From NCBI GenBank assembly GCA_964645605.1, contig CAZYCE010000001.1, positions 64,063 through 128,062 on the forward strand: DNA of 64,000 nt. Reading direction: 5' to 3'. The position numbers and the translations under genes were made by a program. The notes under the pieces are model-generated. The model was not told the DNA's origin, searched no databases, and saw only the letters and a program-made list of their open reading frames with translations. Numbering within the stretch: the stretch's first letter is position 1; the number at the start of each line of letters is the position of its first letter. This DNA comes from an uncultured Gammaproteobacteria bacterium (GTDB taxonomy: Bacteria > Patescibacteriota > Microgenomatia > UBA8517). Shown here piece by piece: positions 19,430 to 28,334 of the stretch.

Positions 19430-21295
19430 TTATTTATCTCTATATGGACTGGTATTGATTTTTACTACATCTTGTGGTTTGGTAGTAATTAATTTGTTTT
19501 CGCTTTCTGAGGCAACAACCCTGATTGGGGCATGGTGGGGGCCTGCAAAAAAGATTCCCTCTCCCACATTGGCTGCCAAAAGAAGGCGCTTTTCGCCCTG
19601 GGACAAATAAAACACTTCTCCTATTTTGTCGATTGCTGCCGGAGATTGTTTAAAAAGTACCTGCATGGAGCTATTTGTAACGATCGCCTTACCTATATCC
19701 TGTCCCAAAAAGTCCTCGACGTCCTGAGTGATAGTGGTAAGGCCAAGATAATATTTTCGGGCTCTTTTTACAACACTCCACAAAAACTGGGCAGTATCGG
19801 GATATTTCATCATTTGCCAGGCCTCATCAACAAGCAAGACCCTCTTTTTTAAATCCTTTTTGATTCTGTTCCAAATGTAGTCAAGGATGACAAACATGGC
19901 AATCGGCCGAAGGACGTCTTGAAGGTCTTTGACGGAGAATACCGTGAAGGGGTTTACAATATTTATATTAGTTTGTTGGTCGAAAATTCCGACAAAGCTT
20001 CCTTTAACGAATTTTTCTATACGTGCGGCCAAATCAAGAGCATCGGCAACCTCCATGCCAATCAGGGTTTTATAAAGATCTTCCATTAAAGGGGGTTCTT
20101 TTCCCTGAGTATCGGGATCCATTGTTATTCCTTTTGCCCGGTAGGTCATAATTAGAGCTCTATCAAGAAGTGCCTCCTGGGTTGGAGTAATGGCTCCCAT
20201 GATCACTTTCATTAACGAGTGCAGAGACAAGATCTTAAGACCCAATTGGTTTTCCCCCTCCTCTCTTATTTGGGACAGATCAAATGGGTTAATTTTCGCG
20301 CTGGAATTAAACGAAAAAGCTATATACTCTCCGCCCACAGCTTCAGCTATGCTTTTATATTCACTTTCGGGATCGATAACTATAGTCTCTATCCCAACCA
20401 TAAGAGATCTTAATGCCTCTAATTTTACAAAATATGATTTTCCTGCTCCGGATGTTGCAAAAATTGTCATGTTGGCATTGGGAAGGGTGAATCTATCGAA
20501 AATAATAAAAGATTCGTTTTGGGAATTCATGCCGTACAAAACCCCCCTATCGCTTGAAAGCTCTGTTGAAGTTAGGGGAAATGTGGTGGCAACGGACGTA
20601 GTATCCATGTTCCTGGTTATATTAAGCCTATCTATTCCAAAAGGAGCGGTTGCCAAAAACCCTTCAGCCATATCAAGCGTTGCGTGTTTGCTGAGAACCA
20701 TTAAGGAACCAAGCTGAGATTCAACTTGTTTAGTTACTTGGTTAAGTTCTTCTACGGAGTTGGCGGGAATAGTTATGTAAAAAGCGAATTCATAAAATCT
20801 CTCAATTCCTTTTACAAGTTGTTCTTGAAGGGCCTGTGCATCTTCGAGTTTTGCTTGAGTAACAGGGTCCACTATCTTTCCGCGTTCGATGTCGGTATTC
20901 ATTTCCGCTTCCATTTCAGCAATTTTGCGCCTGAGATCGTCAAGTACGGTTTTACCGTCAACTGGATAAATGTAAAAAGATATATCAAGAGATGTGTCAA
21001 TATTAACAACCGGTTCAAGCCAGCCCGGGGTAACAAACCTTGGGTATCCTCCCACAAAAATTGTCCTGAAATAGACGTCGTTAACTTTTATATAATCAAA
21101 ATCAACCTCGACTGATTGTGGCGAGATGACATCAAGCAAATTATTTTTCTGGGCAATTACAGAATATGCGGGCGAGAGAACAGGAGGCTTTATCTCCGGT
21201 TTGGGGACGGCTGTTTGAGGGCTATTGGTTCTTGTTTGAGTTTCTTGTTTTTTGTCCATATTTTTAAACTTTGGGTGCAACTTCTCTATCTTCAA
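19430..21295 (-). CDS. virB4: VirB4/TraE/TrbE-family conjugative type IV secretion ATPase (Gram-positive PrgJ/TcpF-like).
   Basis: Walker A FATSGAGKSYFVK and Walker B VLLVDEAWQMM. N-terminal FRT…GYP…WL region typical of VirB4/TraE. Length 621 aa. Confidence 0.85.
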   Translation of the reverse strand: MKIEKLHPKFKNMDKKQETQTRTNSPQTAVPKPEIKPPVLSPAYSVIAQKNNLLDVISPQSVEVDFDYIKVNDVYFRTIFVGGYPRFVTPGWLEPVVNIDTSLDISFYIYPVDGKTVLDDLRRKIAEMEAEMNTDIERGKIVDPVTQAKLEDAQALQEQLVKGIERFYEFAFYITIPANSVEELNQVTKQVESQLGSLMVLSKHATLDMAEGFLATAPFGIDRLNITRNMDTTSVATTFPLTSTELSSDRGVLYGMNSQNESFIIFDRFTLPNANMTIFATSGAGKSYFVKLEALRSLMVGIETIVIDPESEYKSIAEAVGGEYIAFSFNSSAKINPFDLSQIREEGENQLGLKILSLHSLMKVIMGAITPTQEALLDRALIMTYRAKGITMDPDTQGKEPPLMEDLYKTLIGMEVADALDLAARIEKFVKGSFVGIFDQQTNINIVNPFTVFSVKDLQDVLRPIAMFVILDYIWNRIKKDLKKRVLLVDEAWQMMKYPDTAQFLWSVVKRARKYYLGLTTITQDVEDFLGQDIGKAIVTNSSMQVLFKQSPAAIDKIGEVFYLSQGEKRLLLAANVGEGIFFAGPHHAPIRVVASESENKLITTKPQDVVKINTSPYRDK

Positions 21296-21980
21296 TTACC
21301 TCTGGTTCCTTTTTGACTGTAGGTTTCTCGGGATTATAAATTGAGTAAAAAAGATTAATAAGCTCGGGGGTTGTAAGTTGTTTAAATTTAATTCCAAGCC
21401 GGCCGGCCTGGCGAATTAGATGATCGCGTCTTGGATAAAGAACAATTTTGGCTTTTTTAATGACATACGATTCCGAAAAAGGAAGGGTTTCTCCCCGTTT
21501 TGTCAAAGCCGCAACAGATTTAGCCACCCCCAGTTCAAGGGGGGAAAGATAAAGAACTACGAAAAACCTTTTGCCCAAAACATTTTTCTTCTTAACGGAT
21601 TCAGAAATGAAGTTTTGATAATCTTGCATAAGTTTGGAAAGAAGGGGTTGCGTAATCTTTTGAGACTGGTCTTTTAGAAAATTTAAATACGACGAGATAT
21701 CCTTCTTCTGAGTTAGAACGACAATCTGTATTGAAAAACTGAGGGAATTTATCATTGCGGCATAGGCTGCGATGACCGCTTCTTGTTCCTTTTCGGATAA
21801 AAGACCGAAGTTAAGGGATGTTGATTCCATAACAAGTGCGGCTCCACCATCTTTGTAAAGAGCCATATCATTTGTGATGTCCGCCACAGGTACAAAATTT
21901 TGTGTAGTTGAATTAAGAGGAGCATCGGGTAATGTTAAAAAAGGAACCCTTAACTTTAATTTTGGTATTATTTTTGCCAT
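21264..21980 (-). CDS. Hypothetical cytoplasmic protein (238 aa) within the T4SS-like island.
   Basis: ORF only. Its 3' end overlaps the virB4 start, suggesting translational coupling. Confidence 0.35.
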   Translation of the reverse strand: MAKIIPKLKLRVPFLTLPDAPLNSTTQNFVPVADITNDMALYKDGGAALVMESTSLNFGLLSEKEQEAVIAAYAAMINSLSFSIQIVVLTQKKDISSYLNFLKDQSQKITQPLLSKLMQDYQNFISESVKKKNVLGKRFFVVLYLSPLELGVAKSVAALTKRGETLPFSESYVIKKAKIVLYPRRDHLIRQAGRLGIKFKQLTTPELINLFYSIYNPEKPTVKKEPEVIEDREVAPKV

Positions 21981-23048
21981 TTAATTATAAATTGTCTGAC
22001 CATTTACGTTTACAGGAACTTGCTGTGTTGTTGATTGTATAAGCCTTCGACCCTCGACAAGTATGGGAGGAACAATTTCTCCCTTGGCCTCAAAATTTAC
22101 AGGCATGAACTGATAACCCTCCTTATCGCTGATGATGCTGTATTTTCCATTATCAAGTGGGGTAACGGCAATAAAATGCCCTAGCTTATTACTTCTGAGG
22201 GCTCTTATCGGACGGCCATATTCATCTCTAATTTCAATGATTGCTCCTTCGACAATTCTTCTTGCCTCATCAACTACTTGGCCAACAATTACGTTTGGAT
22301 TTGTGGGGGGGTTTGGGGGGGCAGCGTCAATCGAGAAAATGGCTTCCTTGGTGGAAACAATTTCTTCGCCGACAATAGTCGGATTAACATTCTGCGTTTT
22401 AATTTGTACTGTCTGGGAAACCGGTTGGGGTTTTTCTTCAACCACCAGGTGTGTCGGTTGTTGTGGCTGGCTGATTTTAACAGGCATGGTAGTTGGAATT
22501 TCCAGCTTTTTGGGTTGGGGAGGGGTGGTTGGGGCAGTTGCCACCTGAGGGGCTGCCGGCGTTGCCGCAATCCTTATCCCTGTAAGCATGTCGGATAGTT
22601 TTGTCAAGAAACCCTGTTCAGCTCCCTCCAGCTTTGCAAGAGGCCCTGGAGGGGCTTTAGTGGCGTTAAGGTAACTTTTGAGAGCCGCTTCCTGACTCTG
22701 TGTCTGTGTGTTTGGTATATTGGTGGTTGGTGTATCATCTGCAAAAAATTTGGGAACTTCTGTAGTTTTTTTCCATCGGAAAATGGTGGGGGAATATATT
22801 GCTCCGAAAAATGCCAAGATCCATTGTTCGAGAGGACGTTCTTGAAGTGGAACAAAAGCCATGGCAGCTCCCAAAATTACAGATACGATTACAAATGGCC
22901 ATTTTATTATTCCGATAAGGGGGGAGGAGTAAAAAACAAGTCCCACCAATACCCCTCCGGCAAGTTCAAAAAATTGCTTCAGGGTCATGTCTCCCACAAG
23001 TTTGAACTGGTATGAACTAACGTTTTGCGGTATCGGATGTTGTTCCAT
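21981..23048 (-). CDS. Membrane protein (355 aa) with two N-terminal TM helices, a Pro/Thr-rich linker and a C-terminal extracytoplasmic domain. Possible VirB3/VirB8-like scaffold of the island.
   Basis: Hydrophobic helices at residues ~30-50 and ~52-72. PTTPPQP-type linker. Functional call is inference from position only. Confidence 0.35.
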   Translation of the reverse strand: MEQHPIPQNVSSYQFKLVGDMTLKQFFELAGGVLVGLVFYSSPLIGIIKWPFVIVSVILGAAMAFVPLQERPLEQWILAFFGAIYSPTIFRWKKTTEVPKFFADDTPTTNIPNTQTQSQEAALKSYLNATKAPPGPLAKLEGAEQGFLTKLSDMLTGIRIAATPAAPQVATAPTTPPQPKKLEIPTTMPVKISQPQQPTHLVVEEKPQPVSQTVQIKTQNVNPTIVGEEIVSTKEAIFSIDAAPPNPPTNPNVIVGQVVDEARRIVEGAIIEIRDEYGRPIRALRSNKLGHFIAVTPLDNGKYSIISDKEGYQFMPVNFEAKGEIVPPILVEGRRLIQSTTQQVPVNVNGQTIYN

Positions 23049-23192
23049 AAAGACAGTAAAAGCAGAAAGCTCTACTCTAGGTTAAGATTAGCGCGTGAAG
23101 TATTCTGTGCAAGAAGTATCGTTTTTCACAGTTTTAATTTTCTTTTATCTCTTGCCTTTCATCTTTTATCTGTGATGTTATATAATTTGCAT

Positions 23193-25817
23193 ATGCCCGA
23201 CAGTATGTCATCAGAGAATAGACCAATTACACCAGATTTTCATATAGGAGCTCCGGCAAAACTTCCGGCGAATGAGACTTCGATGCAGGCTGCACAAAAC
23301 GAGTTTAAACCTGAGTGGAAATCTAGCATGTCTGATATAAGGATGCAGCTTGGAAATGGAGGAAAGGATGATGGGGAAGGGCTTAATATTATGGATTTGA
23401 TTAGGGCAATGTCTGGTAGGGCGGCTACTTCTGGTTTGGAAAAGTTTAGTAATGGTTTGCAGGGCATAGCTGAGACAAAAGAGAGGATGGGTGATATAGA
23501 GAATGGATTGGGGAGCAATAAATATATCGGGGACGAAAAAGATAAAAAAGAAGAGGAGCAATTGATGCTCAAGGAAAAACTAGAAAACTTGCATAATTCG
23601 CTTAAGAAAAAATACAGCACCATGCAAGAACAGTCCATTTCTGTAGTAAACGATTTATTTGTTGTCTCTGTTGACCAAAAAAAGAATGCCTATCCTTATG
23701 ACCACAGAACAGCTGAACTGACAATCAAAACAATATTGGAGACGGCACAAACCCTACAAGAAGAAGAATGGGCTGACGATCCGGAACTTTCTCTTTGGTT
23801 GAAGAGAATGGAAAGAGATGCTACATGGATGGCGGGACTTTTGCAGGTTTCTGTTGGGCAATCCGCCTCAGCACCATATTTTTTTGATGTCGTGATGCAG
23901 ATGCAAGTATTAAAGGAAAGATATAAAGCTTTTATAACTTCGGAAGATTTAAAAAATATGCACGCAAAAGAACTTCCTGGTTTGGAATTCAGTAGTGACG
24001 AAAAAGCCAAAATGGATGAAAAGGGCATTGGTCTAAAAGTTGATGATGAATATAGAACTTTAGTAGAAAATACCCCTCCGGAAAAAAGATTATTGTTCAA
24101 TAAAGAGGAAAGTGTTGGTCTAAGAGAATTGGGGGTTAAAATGATTGATTCTAGCTTTGCTATGAGAATGCGAATTGCTGCTGTCTCGCAGTCCGATTTG
24201 GCAGCACCAAACGGAGACAAAAATACTTTTATGGGTGATTATTTAAAACCTGAAGAGATTGCTTTTTTTAGAGACCTTTTATTAAGAAGAAACCCAAAGG
24301 GAGAATATTACATATTGTCTCCCCACATGGCCTCAATGGATAAAGACAAAAGAGACGCGACAGCTTATCTAGAGGCCTTACTTTTGACCAACGCGGAAGA
24401 AAGACTAAATAGCATCATTGCTAATGACTCGGTGAACAAGGAGAACTTGATTTCTGAATTAGTCGAAGATGTTAAAGAGAAAGCTACCTATAGAATTACG
24501 AACTGGAAATCAAGAGACAATGGAGATATTGTTTCTCAACTGGCCTCTTTAGTAACAAAACAGGGTTTATATGAAGATTACGCATTTTTAAACGCCTATA
24601 AATATTGTTGGGAATATACTTGGGCGATCGGCTCGGACGGCAAGTTTAAGAAAGTTGGGGTTGAGACAGCAGGCATTTATTCATATTCAGGAGATATTTA
24701 CAGTTTGTATTACATGAGAAGGGCAGCTCAGTACGATAGAAGTTCGAATTCTAGGACTCAGCTTCTTCTTCCGACGAGCAAAGCAGGCAGAAAAGAACTG
24801 GACCTAATGCCCTATGACAAAATGCCTGAATATAAACCAGGCATGCCTGGTGACCAAGATCGTTTTTTGGCCGACCAGTGGGATTTTGTTTTTGGTACTG
24901 ACCCTAAATCTAAAAAGGCTAGAGAAACCATGGGATACGTCGATATTCCGCAGCAGGTTGCTGATAAGCTTAAAAGTTGGGCCGTGTCTTGGAAAACTCC
25001 ATACAATAGTAAATATGTGGAGAATGACACTAGTTACGAATTGGTTGTTCCACATTTAATGCCACCAGGGCTAGATATAGCCTGCTTTTTAGATGCGATA
25101 CCTAGCAGTGAAACAAAATTAAACGCAGGGGGAAAGAGTGTTTGGCAGAGCATGGTTGAAGGAAAAAGGTTCTCAGAAGTAAATTGGGATATACAGGAAA
25201 ATTTACCAGTAGACAGGTGGTATGTTGATTTGGATATGGCCTCAAGGTATATGAATGTTCTGATCGGAGTTTTTGACAAAGAGAAGGATCCAATAATGGG
25301 TCTTATCAACGAAGGTCCGTCTACTCTTGCACCCAAAGAGTTTGCTAAAAGGTTAAGGCTGTCCTTCCGCGATAGCCCGAAGGGGTACCCAGAGGAATAT
25401 GAAGTTGCTTTTATCCCATTTATAGTTACACTTTCTAGTATTCAAAAATATGACCTCACCTCTGCTAGCGCGTGGCATGATGTTGATAAAAGCAATATGA
25501 CCTCCGTAGAACACTTTCTTTTGGAAATTTCTAAGTGGCAGAGAGCATTCAAATGGTTACCTTCTGATAGACCAAATCCCGCACTACTCTCACGTGATTC
25601 TGAAGGTAACGTCTTGGAATGGGATTACGGAAACACAATGGCTCTTTTGATGGAATTTTATACAGGGGTGCTTCTTCGTGTAGCTAAAAGCTCTGCCGAA
25701 GAGTCTGCCCGTATGGCATCTAAGAATTATCAAAACACCATTAGTCGTCTGAACGAAATGCCCTTCATTGGAAACGGTCTTTTGGATAGAAAGCCAAGCA
25801 AGAATTTGATACCGTAA
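23193..25817 (+). CDS. Large (~874 aa) soluble hypothetical protein, the only plus-strand gene inside the island. Possible secreted substrate/effector or regulator. The ORF-track start at 23025 is probably an upstream extension.
   Basis: Long uninterrupted ORF with normal composition. TATAAT at 23181-23186 sits 6 nt before the in-frame ATG at 23193, suggesting a leaderless transcript. No TM segments. Confidence 0.45.
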   Translation: MPDSMSSENRPITPDFHIGAPAKLPANETSMQAAQNEFKPEWKSSMSDIRMQLGNGGKDDGEGLNIMDLIRAMSGRAATSGLEKFSNGLQGIAETKERMGDIENGLGSNKYIGDEKDKKEEEQLMLKEKLENLHNSLKKKYSTMQEQSISVVNDLFVVSVDQKKNAYPYDHRTAELTIKTILETAQTLQEEEWADDPELSLWLKRMERDATWMAGLLQVSVGQSASAPYFFDVVMQMQVLKERYKAFITSEDLKNMHAKELPGLEFSSDEKAKMDEKGIGLKVDDEYRTLVENTPPEKRLLFNKEESVGLRELGVKMIDSSFAMRMRIAAVSQSDLAAPNGDKNTFMGDYLKPEEIAFFRDLLLRRNPKGEYYILSPHMASMDKDKRDATAYLEALLLTNAEERLNSIIANDSVNKENLISELVEDVKEKATYRITNWKSRDNGDIVSQLASLVTKQGLYEDYAFLNAYKYCWEYTWAIGSDGKFKKVGVETAGIYSYSGDIYSLYYMRRAAQYDRSSNSRTQLLLPTSKAGRKELDLMPYDKMPEYKPGMPGDQDRFLADQWDFVFGTDPKSKKARETMGYVDIPQQVADKLKSWAVSWKTPYNSKYVENDTSYELVVPHLMPPGLDIACFLDAIPSSETKLNAGGKSVWQSMVEGKRFSEVNWDIQENLPVDRWYVDLDMASRYMNVLIGVFDKEKDPIMGLINEGPSTLAPKEFAKRLRLSFRDSPKGYPEEYEVAFIPFIVTLSSIQKYDLTSASAWHDVDKSNMTSVEHFLLEISKWQRAFKWLPSDRPNPALLSRDSEGNVLEWDYGNTMALLMEFYTGVLLRVAKSSAEESARMASKNYQNTISRLNEMPFIGNGLLDRKPSKNLIP

Positions 25818-26068
25818 CTTTCAACCGAACAGCTTCCTTCAGAGGAGATTTTGGACAATCACAATTTACTTTTTATTTAAACGACCGTCCTTGCTCATTT
25901 GCGAAATGTAATCTTTTATCCAGTTTGGTAATACCCTCGAGACCCAAACTCGATTAGCACTCTCGGGTGACAATTTTTTATTCAGACCAGTGTAAACTTT
26001 TCTGCTTACGATTTCGTTGAGATCGGTTTTTATATTTTCTACCCCCATTTTTGTTATTATGATATTTA

Positions 26069-27685
26069 TTATTTGGGATTAGTCCTATTGGGATTAGCCC
26101 TATTATTTACATAATCTTTAAACCATTGCGGAGCCTTTGAGGATTTGCCACTGATCGCTTCCGGATTTATCCTTTTATTTAAGTTTCTATAGAAATTCTG
26201 AGCGCCAACTTCTCCTCCATATTTTCTAATTGCCGCGATCTGAGGACCCATTGTTTGCCCATAGACCCCCTTAATGGTTCCTGTGGCTTCACCAATTGCA
26301 CTTCCATAGTCAAACGGTTTGCCGGAGAAGAATGATTGGACAATCTCGGCAGCTTTTGTGATCTGACTGAATATGAAAAAACTTACAAACACCCATATCA
26401 ATTGACCCCCATTATGCTCCGCATTGGTACCTACCCCAAATGGGGGATTCCATGTGTCGGAGCCAATCATGTTAACAACCGGCCTGAAAGGAGTGGAATA
26501 GGCTTCCCTTTCGGCTTCGATGGTCATACCTTGTTTCAGGAAGAAAAAAGAAAAGAAAATCATCACAACCATGACCGGGTATATAGCCAGGTAGGACGCA
26601 ATTCGTTTTAGCCAGCTTCCAAAACCGATTTTGGAAGACACCGCACCCATCATTATTTCAAGAGGTCCTGTTGCAATGGAAATCATAAGCATGGCGAAGT
26701 TTTTGATCATCACAAATATGATTTTTAGTGACCACCAGAGTATTGGAAAGATAGAAAAAACTGAAACAAGCAGAAGCAAAATACCAGCCCACCACATGTT
26801 TCCGCTGTTGACAATTGCAAGAAACGAATTCATTACAAAGTGAACCCAGTAAGTGTACATAAGACCAAACCCGTCAAATGTATAAAGAAACTCATCAAAT
26901 AATTTTGAAGGGGCAAGAGCGCTCAGTCCGCCGGTACTGATAATGGTTGAGATAAGTCCAATAACCAAGTACATCAAATCAATTAAAAATCCGGCGATAG
27001 CATAAGAAAAGGTGATCAGAACCATAGACACGATCAATTTCGGAAGGGCAGACTGGACAGTAATTACAGTTTGAGGGTTAATTTTTACTCTAAACATAAT
27101 CATAAAAGCGATGACAATGACGGCAACCACAAGGAGACTGAAACTCAAATTTCTAAATACTCTCCAAAGGCCAACCATGGATTGTCCTACGTTAAAACCA
27201 ATTCCATTATCGGCCGCTTTGACGCTTGAGACGGGTGAAAGTTTTTGGAATAAATTATTAAAGTATCCGACACCGGAAAGCGGGCTTTTAGAAACAGTTT
27301 CTAAATAGCTTGAAGCTAAACTTTGGTTGTCGTTTGCCGTGGCTTGGGAATTAACAATTTCATCAAATTTACCCAAACAATTGTCAAAATTTATACTGCC
27401 TCCGACCATACACAAAAATAAGTCCGGATTTCCCGGGAGAAGATTGAGAAGTGTTGACGGCAAACTATAAAGAATCCATTGAACTTGGGCTGCGGTATAG
27501 CGCTCTCCAAAAATTTCACTTGATGGAGAAACGGATTCGTCATAGACTTTTCCATACCAGTCAAGAAAATTCTGGTTGTACCATGTGTTTTGTTCGGCTT
27601 TAGCTTGGAAAAGGGTAGCGGATGAAAAAAGGAGAACAATACCGATAAATGTTGAAAAAACTATTTTTTTGAGCAGGGTAGACAT
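26069..27685 (-). CDS. Polytopic membrane protein (538 aa). N-terminal signal peptide and large extracytoplasmic loop followed by ≥6 TM helices. VirB6/TrbL-like channel candidate.
   Basis: Signal-like N-terminus (IVFSTFIGIVLLFSSATLFQAKA). Multiple long hydrophobic helices in the C-terminal two thirds. VirB6 assignment is by architecture and context only. Confidence 0.45.
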   Translation of the reverse strand: MSTLLKKIVFSTFIGIVLLFSSATLFQAKAEQNTWYNQNFLDWYGKVYDESVSPSSEIFGERYTAAQVQWILYSLPSTLLNLLPGNPDLFLCMVGGSINFDNCLGKFDEIVNSQATANDNQSLASSYLETVSKSPLSGVGYFNNLFQKLSPVSSVKAADNGIGFNVGQSMVGLWRVFRNLSFSLLVVAVIVIAFMIMFRVKINPQTVITVQSALPKLIVSMVLITFSYAIAGFLIDLMYLVIGLISTIISTGGLSALAPSKLFDEFLYTFDGFGLMYTYWVHFVMNSFLAIVNSGNMWWAGILLLLVSVFSIFPILWWSLKIIFVMIKNFAMLMISIATGPLEIMMGAVSSKIGFGSWLKRIASYLAIYPVMVVMIFFSFFFLKQGMTIEAEREAYSTPFRPVVNMIGSDTWNPPFGVGTNAEHNGGQLIWVFVSFFIFSQITKAAEIVQSFFSGKPFDYGSAIGEATGTIKGVYGQTMGPQIAAIRKYGGEVGAQNFYRNLNKRINPEAISGKSSKAPQWFKDYVNNRANPNRTNPK

Positions 27686-27725
27686 ATATTTATTCTAGAC
27701 TGTTATATTAAAAAATCAAAGAGTC

Positions 27726-28334
27726 CTAAAGTAAACCATAGGTTCTTATCCAAAGGTCAGCTGTTTCTTGAATGAAAGTTCTTTGACCAAAGATAAAATA
27801 AATATTATGTATATCCACCCCTTTTGTGGCAAGCAATTTTTTAATCTGTTCAAACGAATCAATAAAAGCGACAACATTTGGATTGGTTTCTTTCGATGGA
27901 TCCTGGTTCCTAAAATTAATTCCATAAATTTCTACATGGACAAGATACTCCGGGTCGCTTGGAATGGTATAGACATTTAAGGTGGTTAACATTCCGTTAG
28001 AGTTTTTAAAACTTTCAATGTAAATTGGCAGGCTGCCTTTTAACTTATTTTTGCTTTCAATGGCGGTAATTACTTTGTCGGATGTCATATCAACCTGCCC
28101 CGCGATATTTTCGGGAGGTTTTGAGTATGAAGGTTCTACAAAATTACCGGAAACAGGAGTTGCGGAAATTGATATTGAATTTTGTTCAGCTTGACCGGCG
28201 GGCTGTGCTGAAGATTGGAGGGCTTCCCCGCTCTGATTTTTGGTGGATAATTGAATAAAGACGAGTATCAAAATTGCCACAATGGATAGAATTATGTAAA
28301 TTTTGTATTTTGAAATAAAATTTCTCATTCTCAA
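27726..28334 (-). CDS. Membrane-anchored hypothetical protein (202 aa).
   Basis: Single N-terminal TM (IYIILSIVAILILVFIQL) followed by an extracytoplasmic domain. Confidence 0.35.
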   Translation of the reverse strand: MRMRNFISKYKIYIILSIVAILILVFIQLSTKNQSGEALQSSAQPAGQAEQNSISISATPVSGNFVEPSYSKPPENIAGQVDMTSDKVITAIESKNKLKGSLPIYIESFKNSNGMLTTLNVYTIPSDPEYLVHVEIYGINFRNQDPSKETNPNVVAFIDSFEQIKKLLATKGVDIHNIYFIFGQRTFIQETADLWIRTYGLL

